Under the pieces are notes generated by a model. It was not told where the DNA came from, ran no database searches, and saw only the letters and a list, made by a program, of their open reading frames with translations. Position numbers and translations under genes: made by a program. This document shows, piece by piece, positions 13,121-25,117 of a DNA stretch of 64,000 bases (its first letter is position 1; each line of letters opens with the position of its first letter). Source of the DNA: the human T2T-CHM13v2.0 reference genome, Homo sapiens; assembly GCF_009914755.1 (NCBI RefSeq), contig NC_060932.1; one strand, 5' to 3'.

Positions 13121-14494
13121 TTCTAATACTGAATAGCTTTCACAATGTGTGAAGTGGATATATTTTCCCTAAGGGTAAAATAAATGCTCCAAAATATTTC
13201 ATGTAGATCTTTGTACCAAATTTATACATAGTAAAAAATAGGACACAAAAAAGAAGTTGGAGACACAGTTCCTGCCTTCAGTGAGCTTCTAATACCAGTG
13301 ATTAAATTCCTGACAGTGTTAGCATATTACCAACAGATGAAGTAACCAGAGACTTGTATTTCAAAAGGTCAAGGAAAAGATGGAAGGAGGGTTGACTTGA
13401 TAAAATTCTCATGATGATTCATTAGAATCTCTGGAAGCAGAAATCTCATGTCTTCTGTTTTCATCCTTCTGGGTGCTACCCTGTTTATACAGGCCAAATT
13501 CACTTTCCATGACTCTTAAAATGGTGCTGTCATTAGTAAATGTCACATCAGAGAAAACTTCTGGTTTAGTGCATATTTTACTTTCTTAGAAGCTCAGAAT
13601 CTATGATCATATACTCAATATGAATGCCTACAATCACAGGGATTACACGTATAGCATCTTCTTTTGGTATCATTAAAAGACACCTGAAGGAGATTCAAAG
13701 AAGAAATAAAAAATGGCTTTTAACTTAAAGTGATAGAATTGAATGCTGATCCCAAGAAATTCAGCCTTCTGTGGGCATCTGCATGATCATTCTGCATGAT
13801 TGCTTCTCCTGGACAAAGTTGGTTCTGACAAGAGGCCTTTTCTCAATACTAATCCATGAGTTAACATATAAAAACATCATTTTCAAGGTATAACACTGCT
13901 CTTATATTCACAGCCAGTTGCATTCAAAATAGCTTTCTAAGTTTTCAGATTGCCGGGGCATCTTAGCTCTCTGAATGTAGCCTTAGAGTACAAGACTCAA
14001 GCCATATCTCACACATAGTTCAGCACAGCCCTGTGCAGACTGGCCAGATCAGAGGCCTTCCTGGACCAGCCAGGCCTCCTGAGGACTAGGAATGTGTCCT
14101 GATGGACTCGCAAAATTCCTTTTTCAGTATTTTCCTTTTTTTTGCAGACTTTGCTTCGTATCTCTCATACACAAAATCTGAAACAAACAAGACAATCCAA
14201 CAAACAAACAAACAAAAACCTTAAAATTAACTTTTTTTGTATACATTAGATGTATGTCACCCACCTTAGATTTGTAGCAAGCTGGAGTTCTGGGACTATG
14301 TAGATATCCTTAAAATCCTCTTCCTTGGGCTGCTTCTCAGCATGACCCTGTGGTGCACTATTTAAAATCCCACAGTTCTGACTTCGTTCTTTTCCTCTTT
14401 CAACCTTTTAATACTGTGTCAGATTTATGATACTTAGGGAAGTATAATAAAAGATTTTCCACCGATTAAAGGATTCTTTTCAGGATTTTGATTT

Positions 14495-14916
14495 AGTTAC
14501 ATAACAAATAGTAAAAACATAAAGTAAAATTAATTTTTATAATATATTTTATCTAACCCAAGGTATTCCAAATATTATCACTTCCATAGGTAATCAATAA
14601 AAAAAGATTAATAACATAAATTCTTCTTGTCATGTTAAGTGTTTGAAATCCTCTGTATTTTAACCTGAAACACATCTTAAACTGGGTGCTAAATTTTTAT
14701 CGGCAGTACTTGAACACTACTTATATGTCATAAGATTTAATTTGAAAAAGCAGATTCACAAGCTCAAGTTGTTTCAAACATAATTAAAGTATTTGAAACA
14801 CTGAAATAACTACAGGTTTAATATCTAAATTAAATAAAATTTGAAGTTTGGTTTCTCAGTCACACTGGCCTCATTTCGAGTATACAGGTGGCTAGTGGCT
14901 CCCATCTTAGACAGCC
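14495..14916. mobile_element. hAT-Charlie DNA transposon fossil (MER33/MER119/Charlie1-type)
   Basis: aaaattaatttttataatatattttatctaaccca...ctcagtcacactggcctcatttcgag...gtggctagtggctcccatcttagacagc (MER3/MER33-type terminus). Confidence 0.75.
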
Positions 14917-15189
14917 AAAGGCCTTTTATTTTACTCAGATTTAGTGAGACTGTACTGGAAAACAATATATAGGTCTGGACTTAAAAGCTAAGAAGAAATA
15001 GAAGTAACTTTGAGAGACAAGCGAAATGTCACAAAAATTATTTTAAATACTTCTAAATTTTGGGAAAATATGATTCACCAGGAAGTAGCCGACTTCTGCT
15101 TGTATGGAAAGAGTGCATGGCATAAGAATCGTTAGAGGGGCCCTTCTCCATCTCAGATGACAGCTAGACACAGATAAATGGATTTCAGC

Positions 15190-15394
15190 TCTAATGGGAG
15201 AGATTGTTTAGCCGTAAGAAAAAATTTCTCTCTATTCAGAATAGAAAGTCATGAGAACTGTGTCCCTGGAGCACATTGAAATTAGGGCAAATGTGCCTCT
15301 GTCTGGGATGATTTAGTTGCAGGCCTTCCTGAAGGATAGCGGATCGCACCAATCGTCTCTCAAGGTCTCTTCCTGCTGTGACGCTCTGATTCTA
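15190..15394 (+). mobile_element. L3/CR1 3' end
   Basis: gtccctggagcacattgaa...ctctgtctgggatg...tctcaaggtctcttcctgctgtgacgctctgattcta. Confidence 0.55.
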
Positions 15395-16296
15395 GGAAAA
15401 CCCATGGGTAGAAAGGCCACACTGCCAGCTGTTTCCAAATGTCGTTTTTGCAAGGACAATTAATCTTTCTGATTACATGACTAGTGCTATAGAGTTTTCA
15501 AACTTTTTTTCTTTTCCCTTGTCTGGGAATGTGTTGAAAACTGAGCAAGCACTTAGCTATGAATGCTGGGAAGCTGTGAATTGGTGGAAGAGTCCTTTCT
15601 ATGGCTGTGTTTTCAATGGGCAGTAAATCCCATGTGTATTTCAGAGGGGCACACACATGTTCCTCCTATTTAAATGGTTTTCAGAAAAATGCTGAGATCA
15701 AGGACACATTCACATTCAGGTAAATGTAGAGGGTGGGCCCATGGCTCCCACTGGCAAATAATCTTGAATTGCTTTAGTTGCTGGTAATGTAGCTGAATCA
15801 TGGACAAAAAGAGCATCTTGGATCTGGACCTGGATTGCAGCATCTGGCTCTCTACAATATTGTTTCCCATTTACTTCTGAAGATTCATTAATGCAGAGAA
15901 CTGAGGGGCTGTCAATTCAAGAAAGAATGATTCTAGAAACTGGCAAACATCTCTGGCTAATGTCATCAAATATCTTTTTTCCTGGATAAGATTTAGTTAA
16001 GTTTCCCCCTAAATTGTTTTATTTCTTAGTCAAGGGAAGTCTGAATTCTTAAACGCTATAATTGCTTTTAAAACGTTAGGAATGAGGGACTAGAAGCTAT
16101 CATTGTGTTAGTTGAGATTTGCCATGAATTTTCTGGACCAGACAGTGGTGGCAATGTCAGCTAAATTGCCTGGCTACCCCAGTCCTCTCACAAAGGTGAG
16201 AGTGAACAGTCTGCAAAGAGCCTAAAAAGGCAGCAGTCTAGGATTTTCTCTGAGGTTAGATCTCATCATATTCACATATAAAACATGTATTAAATA

Positions 16297-17521
16297 TAGT
16301 CATATACTGCATAATGACATTTTGGTCAACGGCAGGCCACATATACAAATGATGGTCCTATAAGATTATAATGGAGCTGAAAAATTCCTATCGCCTAATG
16401 ATACTGTAGCCATCATGACATCATGGCACAACGCATTACTCATGTGTTTGTGGTGATGCTGGCATAAACAAACCTATGTACAGCCAGTTATATGAAAGTA
16501 TAGCTATACAATTATGTACAGCAAAAATACTTGATAATGATAGTACATGACTATGTTGCTAGTTTATTTACTATACTATACTTTTTATCCCTATTTTAGA
16601 GTGTACTTCTCTACTTATTAAAAAAAAAGTAAGTGTAAAACAGCCTCAGGCAGGTCCTTCAGGAGGTACCCAGAACAAGGCCTTGTTTTCATAGGAGATG
16701 ACAGCTCCATGCGTGTCATTGACCCTGAAGACCTTCCAGTGGGACAGGATGTGGAGATGGAAGACAGTGACACTGATGATCCTGACCCTGTGTAGGCCTA
16801 GGCTAATGGGTGTGTTCTTGTCTTAATTTTTAATAAAAAAGTTTAAAAAGTTAAAAAGAGTTAAAATAGAAAAAGCTTATAAAATAAATATAGGAAATAT
16901 AATATTTCATATTAATAATTATAAAATAAGAGAAGATATTCTTTTACAGCTGTAAAGTGCATTTGTGTTTTAAGCTAAGTGTTATTGCAAGAGTCAAAAA
17001 GTTTTTAAAATTAAAAAGTTTATAAAGTGAAAACATTACAGTAAGCTAAGGTTAACTTATTACTGAAGAAAGAAAAGTATTGTTTAAAATAAATTTAGTG
17101 TACCCTAAGTGTACAGCATTTATAGTCTACAGTAGTGTGCAGTAATGTACTAGGCCTTCACATTCACTCACCACTCACTCACTGACTCACCCAGAGCAAC
17201 GTCTAGTCCTGCAAGCTCCACTCATGATAAATGTCCTATACAGGTGTGCCATTTTTTCTTTTATACTGTATTTTTACTGTTCCTTTTCTGTTTATATACA
17301 CAAATACTCATAATTTAATTACAATTTCCTAGAGTATTCAGTAAAATAACATGCCGTACAGATTTGTATCCTAGGAGCAGCGGACTATACTGTATACTCT
17401 AGATGTGCAGCAGGCTATACCATCTAGGTTTGTGTAAGTACACTCTGTGATGTCCTTACAGCGAAACTGTCTAATAACACATTTCTCAGAACATATCTCA
17501 TTGTTAAACAAAGCATGATTT
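16297..17521 (+). mobile_element. Tigger3b (GOLEM-derived TcMar) non-autonomous DNA transposon, essentially full length
   Basis: Starts TA|tagtcatatactgcataatgacattttggtcaacg...ataagattataatggagctgaaaaattcctatcgccta; ends catttctcagaacatatctcattgttaaacaaagcatgattt|TA; about 1.2 kb. Confidence 0.9.
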
Positions 17522-19597
17522 TATTGTGCTTGAGAGAGCTGAGGAATGCTTGACCTTGGGCCATAATAACACAGTGAGCAAGTTTCTCAATATTGACCAT
17601 GTTTCTCAATATTCTTTAATGACTTACCTAAATAAATACAAAACTTTAAAGCAGTTCAGTCAAAAGTGAATGACTAGGCAAACTTGTAAAAGTGAGTAAT
17701 TAAATAACCCACTGGGTTTCACTGTTGTATACCAGAAATCAACATGTTTAGGACTGGAATATGTTTTTAGGAGCAGGAGAAGGAAAATGGTTAGGTCTAC
17801 ACTATAGGGCGCACAGCATGGGACACTGTGGGGCCCTCCAAGGTACCTCAGTGGGGCATCTCTGGATTTCTTATGACCATGAAGACACCAGGGCTCTGAA
17901 TATTGAAAGAGGACAAGGGAGTAATGAACCCATAGCAAGTGTGTATCGCGGGTACAGGTACGTCAGCTCTCCTTTGGCGTGTACAGTGGAGCAAGGGTAA
18001 GAAGCACTGAGTTCTGACTGTGATGCCAGTAGCACTACCTGCAGCCAGGTTCTTCCAAGCCTCAGGAAGAGGAGGATGAATTAGAAATACAGCTGTCTTA
18101 TCCAGCCTTATTATTTTACAGATATTTAGCATAGCCAAAAGGAATTCTTACTGTGTTGCTTTGGTCCTCAAGGATGATGATGATCTAGTCTTATATTAAC
18201 AATAATTACTTTTATATAATATTTTCTATAATGTAGAGCTGAAGACAAGACTGTTTATGTTAATGGCATTGATAAAACCACTACTCTAGAATCCTGGTCA
18301 TGCATGTGTATGAAAAACAAGGAAAGATGGAAAAAAGAAGTAAAAAGTTCACCAGGCTAAGTCCACCCCCCACCAAAATATATATATATATATATATTAG
18401 CAAATATACCTTGGCCAAGAAAGATTTTAAGGCAAGTAATTGTTTTTAAGAATAACAAACAGGCTATATCTCTGATTTGTCTAAAGATTCATGTTGTCAT
18501 CTCCAAAGTTTTCCACTACAGAGATTTATGCTGTCATTGGATCTAATTATGAATTAATGATTGATTCATTTAGGGAGTAACTTGACCAAATGGCAGTGAA
18601 TTGAAAAATGAGCAGACCCTGAAGGAACACATTGGCAGTAATAACTAATTCTGTCTGCTGATGGCAATCAGCATAGGTCACTTAGAAAATAGCCCTGGAT
18701 GGAACCAATTACTCACTTTCAATCCACAGTGAGTGGTTTCCTCAGCCTTGCACTACTGACATCAATTAACCCTCATGGCATTCTTCAATTATTTGAAATC
18801 TCTAGGCACACCCATCCTTCTGAGGTAGCTACTTACAACATTTCAAGTTTGTTTTGCTTTCTTTGCAAAGGTTTTAAGCGGAAGAGCTGTGATATTTTCC
18901 CTCTTTATTCTTAAAAGCACTCCGCTCATCCACGTTGGTTACTTGTTTACTTTGTACTCACTACCGAGTACATCTTGACATTTTGTAAATGAATACAGGT
19001 CTACACAGAATTCTTGAGGTACTCCGGTTTAATAGCTACACTAGTTTGATGCTCTATATGGTCATATTAAAGATGTATTAATTGCACATCAAGATTGATT
19101 TTGCTGCAGGGTCCATGAGAAAAATCCCACACAAAACCATCTATTGTTCTGTCAACTCTCTTTGAAGAGGCTACTGTGGTAGGGGTTGGTATGGAGAGAC
19201 CCTTGAAGGGTAAATGATTTCATATAAATTTCTTCAATTAGCAACAGCTTTATAATTCCTGCTGCGAGCCATCAACTACACTCAGATTAGTTTTAATGGG
19301 GAAACTGTGTACCAAGAATCCTGCCACAGAACCCCCTAAGGAGAGCTGATTACATTTTTTTCAAATGCTTACACAAGGATGCATACTTAAAAGTGAATTG
19401 TAACCTTTTCAAAACTGACATTTCAAAAGAAACAAATATTGAGTAGTGGGAGGAGGAGGAGGCAGTAGAAGAGGCAATTTCATAAGTGAAGGAAAGGATA
19501 TCAGAAGGAGTTCTTGCTTTTGGTAAATATACAAAGGCATTGCATGCAGCAACCACCTCTTTCTCTTCTGTTTTGTACACCAGCTTCTTGCTTTTCT

Positions 19598-19754
19598 TGT
19601 CCATGTGTTCTCATTATTTAGCTCCCACTTATCAGTGAAAACATGCGGTATTTGGTTTTTTGTTCCTGTGTTAGTTTGCTAAGGATAATGGCCTCCAGCT
19701 CAATCCATGTCCCTGCAAAAGAATATAAATCATTCTATCATAAAGGCACATGCA
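19598..19754. mobile_element. Short L1PA fragment with an internal inversion
   Basis: 19598-19720 is antisense L1PA ORF2 end/3' UTR; 19717-19754 (aaaagaatataaatcattctatcataaaggcacatgca) is sense L1PA sequence from further upstream in the element. Confidence 0.8.
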
Positions 19755-20199
19755 GGTGTCTACTTCTTAATTCAGTCCCTGCCCCTCGGTCGAGCACTGA
19801 GGTTCCACCCATGGTTGCACCCTTGGTTAATCTGGGCATACTCAGCTTATAAGACCTTCACACTGGGAGTCAATGGTAACTGAAAAACAACCCCCAACTT
19901 CGTTACATGAAAGCTGAGGCAAGTTGGTCTGGTGTGGCTACAAAATCTATGGTAAAACTTTTATAGGTGTTTGTAAGATTGTTGTTAGTGGTTTTCCTAT
20001 CTAAAGTTTCAAAAATTGGAGTTAAGTATTCAAGGGCTATTTTATAGAACCATGATTACATGGTCTTTTCTGTGATTCAGAGAATTACAGAATACAAGTT
20101 ACAACACGGTTTTTTAGAAAACATCACATTCCCCAGTTTAGTGCTCGTATTTTTGGGTCATACCCAGGTTTATGGGAGCGGATCCCATCTGGAAGATTG

Positions 20200-20625
20200 T
20201 ATCTGGTACATTTATGAGAAGCATTGATAATTTACAGTGGAGCAGAGGAGACAACCTGCACAATCAAGGGCCTGGAAACTATGGAATGAGAGAAGGGCTG
20301 AAGGAACAAGAATTAGAATAAGAAAGGGAAGAGCTGGGAGGAACATTAATAACAATGACATAACACAGTACACAGTAGAAATGTAAATATTTCAAGGGTT
20401 ATTACAAAGAACAACAACAACAACTAAAAAAAACCTTTGGATTTGACAGAAAACCAGTTCAGCTGAAAGACATAAATCAGTACCTTCTAACTTAGAAATC
20501 TCCCAAAATGGAGTCCCCTATAGCAAAATTTCCATTATAGCAAGAAATTGACTACTGCCTAGTCAAGGATATTTTGGACTCGATTTCTGCCTCAGAGTAG
20601 AGGTTGAACTAGATTGCCTATGGAT
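20200..20625 (+). mobile_element. L3/CR1 fragment, highly degenerate
   Basis: cagaggagacaacc...aagggcctggaaact...gaagggctgaaggaac...aaatatttcaaggg...gaggttgaactagat. Confidence 0.5.
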
Positions 20626-22027
20626 ATTATACATCTATTTACTTAAAGGACAACATTTTAAATAGTAGATTACTAGTTTGATTTATTTGTTATATTTGAC
20701 ACATGCCTCTCAGAAACCACATCAGTTTCCAATATTATCATCTAGGAGTGTTTATTTAGCATCAGAAGAAAGCTGAAAATCTTACTAGATGGAGAAAAAT
20801 AATGCCATGGTTCTGTGTAAATACAGAATTACAGAACATTAGATCTAAAATGGACTTCATTGCAGAAGTGACAGATAACTACCCAGAGAGTTTTCAGCCC
20901 TTCCTACGGATACTTGGTTAGTAATGGGTGGAGCACTGTCCCCTGATCATCTCTCCACTTCACAGTTCTTTCCACCCATTTGGTTAAGGCTTAGCCCGCA
21001 GCGATCAGCTCAGCAGTAACAACAAAGGTCTCTGACACCACCTTCCTACATCTACCCACTACTCACCTTATCCCTGACTTGCACCCGCTAAATAAGCAGC
21101 CTCAGGAATCCAGCCTGAGGCTCAGCACTAATCCCCAGTTTTTGCTCCATCCCACCATAGCTTCTGTCTTTTCCGCATATTCTCACATCAGCATCTATAA
21201 GAGGAAAACCTCAGTCTTTATGGTCTCTAGACTGGAATCCCATCATAGTCCCCAAACCAGAGAGAGAGGAGCTCATGACAGACTGCGTGTCAATCCCATC
21301 CAACCAGCCTCCCATCCTCAGCTGAGATGTACACCAGAATTTCCCAACTCAGTCTCAGCCAAACGGCTCAACATTTCAGTCAAATAACTGGCCCCTCTAT
21401 TGAAGCTTTCTAAATGGAGCAGACAAATCAGATTGACCATTGCTGTGAGGTTTACTGTTTCTTCTATTGTTGAAAATAAAAAATAAGTTATGTGACTCCA
21501 GAGGCTACCAGATATTTATTTAACATTAAATGGAATTTGAGGCTAACCAAACCTTCTTCCTTAGTCAGGACAACAGACCAGATAACCTCATAAACCATAT
21601 CTTTATAAAATAATAATGGATATAGGGCATGCATTTGAAACAGCAAGGTAACTTTTTTAAATTTGTGACTGTTTCAAAAGTTTAAGGGCACACATTCCGA
21701 TATAATTAGCAGAGAATTTACTACCATTATGAGTTAATTCACTGACCCTCAGTTTACGTTCCTATATTTGAAATATAAAGAATGTTTGCCCTTTAATAAC
21801 ACTATGGACTAGTTAAGAAGCAATGTTTTAGAAAATGTATTATTATATTTATCTCTCCAATCCAATCAGGACCCAGTAATCAACATTAATCAGAAGTGTT
21901 CATGCTTTATGTACAAAACTGTTTCAGAAATGTCAAGAGTGAAATAAATCCTAAAGATTCTTCCTAGGTCTGACTTGTGACTTAATAATATCAATATGAA
22001 ATTTGTTGCTTATGAAGGAATTAGTAC

Positions 22028-22036
<9 letters not shown>

Positions 22037-22070
<34 letters not shown>

Positions 22071-22124
22071 CAGAGAGACAGAGAGACAGAAAGAGAGAGA
22101 CAAAGAGAGAAAGAGAGATAGAGA
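22037..22124. repeat. Compound (GT)n + (GA)n-like microsatellite
   Basis: About 16 GT units followed by gacagagagacagagagacagaaagagagagac... Confidence 0.95.
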
Positions 22125-22340
22125 TTTTGTGAGGAAAATTATTTAGTTCTTTCTTGTCCATTAAATCTATTTGTGTGATTTTATAAAAATAAGAAACAAG
22201 TTGAAGAATGCTAAAGAGAAGATAAACACTATCCCTGATTCCCACACTTCCAGTCCAGTTCAGGCGGTGATGAGGCTGTGTCAGCATGGGTGGCCCCCAA
22301 TTCATGGTTTCTCTCTACTCTCCTGATATATATATATATA

Positions 22341-22436
22341 CTTGGACGTAAAGATAGGAACAATAGGCACTGGGGAGTACAAGAAGAGGGAGGGACAAAG
22401 TGGGGCAAGAGTTGAAAGCCTACCTATTTGGTATTG
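22341..22436 (+). mobile_element. Isolated L1PA/L1PB 3' UTR fragment between TA repeats
   Basis: tggacgtaaagataggaacaataggcactggggagtac...gggcaagagttgaaagcctacctatttggta matches the older L1P 3' UTR; no poly(A). Confidence 0.8.
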
Positions 22437-22438
22437 TG

Positions 22439-22527
22439 ATATATATATATATTATATTATATTATATATATATTATATAATATATATATTATATAATATA
22501 TATATTATATAATATAATATATAATAT
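22439..22527. repeat. Pure-AT repeat containing three copies of the palindromic 16-mer TATATTATATAATATA
   Basis: Exact tandem copies at 22469-22484, 22485-22500 and 22501-22516. Confidence 0.93.
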
Positions 22528-22595
22528 GACTTTTGTTGTAGAATAAATGTAACACAAAATGTTTCTATAAGGACTTAAAAATGCCAGTTTGTCAC

Positions 22596-22975
22596 TGTGG
22601 TGGGCTTTGTGGTTCCTTCTGACAAGCATCGAATCTATTCCACTACTTTCTCCCTCTGTGTAGAATTCATGTTATTTGCCCAGCATTGGCATTTGTCATT
22701 GTCCCTAGTAATCTTCTCTCCACCTTCTTCTCTCTCTAAGAAGCTCATAGCTCTTAGAGCTATAGGTAGACATCTTGTAACCAGGAGGGCAGTTAGCCTC
22801 TGTTAAAAGCAGTGTTCAGAGGTGAAAAGAAGCATATCCATGGTGACCCATCTTAGACAGCAGACACTATATTCCCTGAAACCTGACCTTTATAACTTTT
22901 TACTTATTGGGCCAATATATTCCATGTTGTGTATGCCGGTATGACGTGGTTTTCTGTTATTTGCAACCACAAGCT
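22596..22975 (+). mobile_element. Old MLT1 (I/J-like) LTR, degenerate
   Basis: Starts tgtggtggg; 3' end gccaatatattcc...ggttttctgttatttgcaaccaca. Confidence 0.45.
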
Positions 22976-23029
22976 TGCTCCCTGGCACAGTAATTATTCA
23001 GAATACCTGGGAAAGGGCGAGGAACTGAG

Positions 23030-23215
23030 TAATATATTGAGTGCCTACACTTTATATCATTTTATCCCACTAAGTGATAGATACCATTTTCCTAATTTTA
23101 TACATAAGAAAAATGAGGTATATAGAAGCTATGTAACTTGAATGAAGCCATAGGGGTAGAAGCAGAATTATAATCAGGACTCTCTGAAACCAAGGCCCCT
23201 TTTCATTCTGCTAGA
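23030..23215 (-). mobile_element. MIR
   Basis: tattgagtgcctac...ccatttttcctaattttatacataagaaaaatgagg...gtaacttg...ggactctctgaaaccaaggccc. Confidence 0.65.
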
Positions 23216-23530
23216 CAAGCAGCTCTCAATCTTTTTCTTCTTTATCATCCATAGCAGATGAGGTATAGGTACAGAACACACTCGCATGGGCATATCTAGA
23301 GCTGAATGTAATCCTGTCCTCTTCCCATAATTCAACCTGTTTATCTGCTACTCAAGAAAGCAAATCAGGATGCAAGGCGTAGTGGCATTTCTTGCAGGAT
23401 AACTTGACATTTCTTTAATTTAAAAGGCAAAAAGTTACTCTAACCCCACTGAGGCTGTCTGTAGTTTTACTTCAAATTATTTTTGACAAATCTCACTGAC
23501 ACATTGCTCCCTTCTGCTTTTCATTATGCT

Positions 23531-23930
23531 TGTTATTGAATGAATCTTTTTTTCCTCCTCTGCTCCACTCAACAACAACAAAAAATTCAGACATTGAAAT
23601 CCTAACAACGAACGTGATAGTGCTAAGGGAGCAGGCCTTTGGAAGGTGATTGGGACATGAGGGTGGAGCCCTCCTGAATGGGATTAGTGCCTTGTAAAAG
23701 ATATCCAGAGAGCTAGGGTGCCCCTTCCCCCTTCCACCATATGAGCTTACAGTGAGAAGGTGGGAGGACAACCATCTGAGAGGCAAGCAGCAGGCCCTCA
23801 CCAGACACTGAATCTGTCAGTGCCATGATCTTGGACAGCTCAGCCTCCAGAACATGAGAAATAAATATTTGTTGTTTATAAGCCACCCAGTACATGGTAT
23901 TCTGTTATAGAAGCCAAACAGACTAAGGCA
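23531..23930 (+). mobile_element. MLT1A/MLT1A0 solo LTR
   Basis: ggcctttggaaggtgattgggacatgagggtggagccctcctgaatgggattagtgcctt...gccctcaccagacactgaatctg...aataaatatttgttgtttataagccacccagt...gactaaggca. Confidence 0.9.
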
Positions 23931-24721
23931 ATACTAAGTGGATGTGCTTTCTGGTACTTTCAGAGCATTCTGGAGAGCCAAGAAGTTTTTACCCATGAAG
24001 AAAATGAGCACTCGAGGTCAGAGGTGTCAAGCTGAGCTCTTGTTATCTTTGTATAAAAAGGAAAATCTCCACAATATATTTGGTAGCAGTACTAGAGGCT
24101 TCCCCTACCAGTTCTGGCACCATCCAGTTGAGATTTCTCCTGGCTCGGCTATCTGCCCAGCTCTGTTGACTTTGCACTGACTCAGTTTGGTTACTCTAAA
24201 TGTACACACCCAATTCAAAAAAGTTTGAGACACCTTACAATAAGGTCATAGAACTTGTAATTATAATAGAAACAAAGGGGACAACAGTATAAAGTTAGGA
24301 GCCAAGCAGTCAACTAAGGAGGGGGATGATTAGATTCCTGGAAGAGAGTCCAGGACACAGGTTGACTTTGAAATGTGACTCAAACACCAGATTCATTTTT
24401 TTTTTCTGCCTCATAGTTTCAAAATCTTTAGCAAGATGATGTAATAAATATATTTCCTACACGACTTCAATTACCTGGGTTGGCAAACCAGAACTTAATC
24501 ACAACTCATAGTCAAGTAACTTTTAAAAGTTAGGTCTTTATCCTGTGACCCTGAGAACTGATATCTTGGCAGTTGCCTGGGGAATCATGTGAAATCACAC
24601 CCAGACACAGTGATACTCACTGGCTCTGCTGCTGTTGGTTCTTGGATATGTGGGATTACTTTTGAAAGCAACACAGAAAACTCCTTGTTTTCCTCTGCAA
24701 ATAAATTCCCCTAAGAGGTAA

Positions 24722-25117
<396 letters not shown>

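Noticed and set aside
17940-17985. Small CpG cluster with a cag|gtacgt donor-like site
   Set aside because: Only a few CpGs over about 40 bp and no convincing upstream acceptor or promoter motifs.
19350-19604. 84-aa ORF MDKKSKK...
   Set aside because: Its ATG comes from the adjacent L1 fragment, and the remainder has no recognisable homology.
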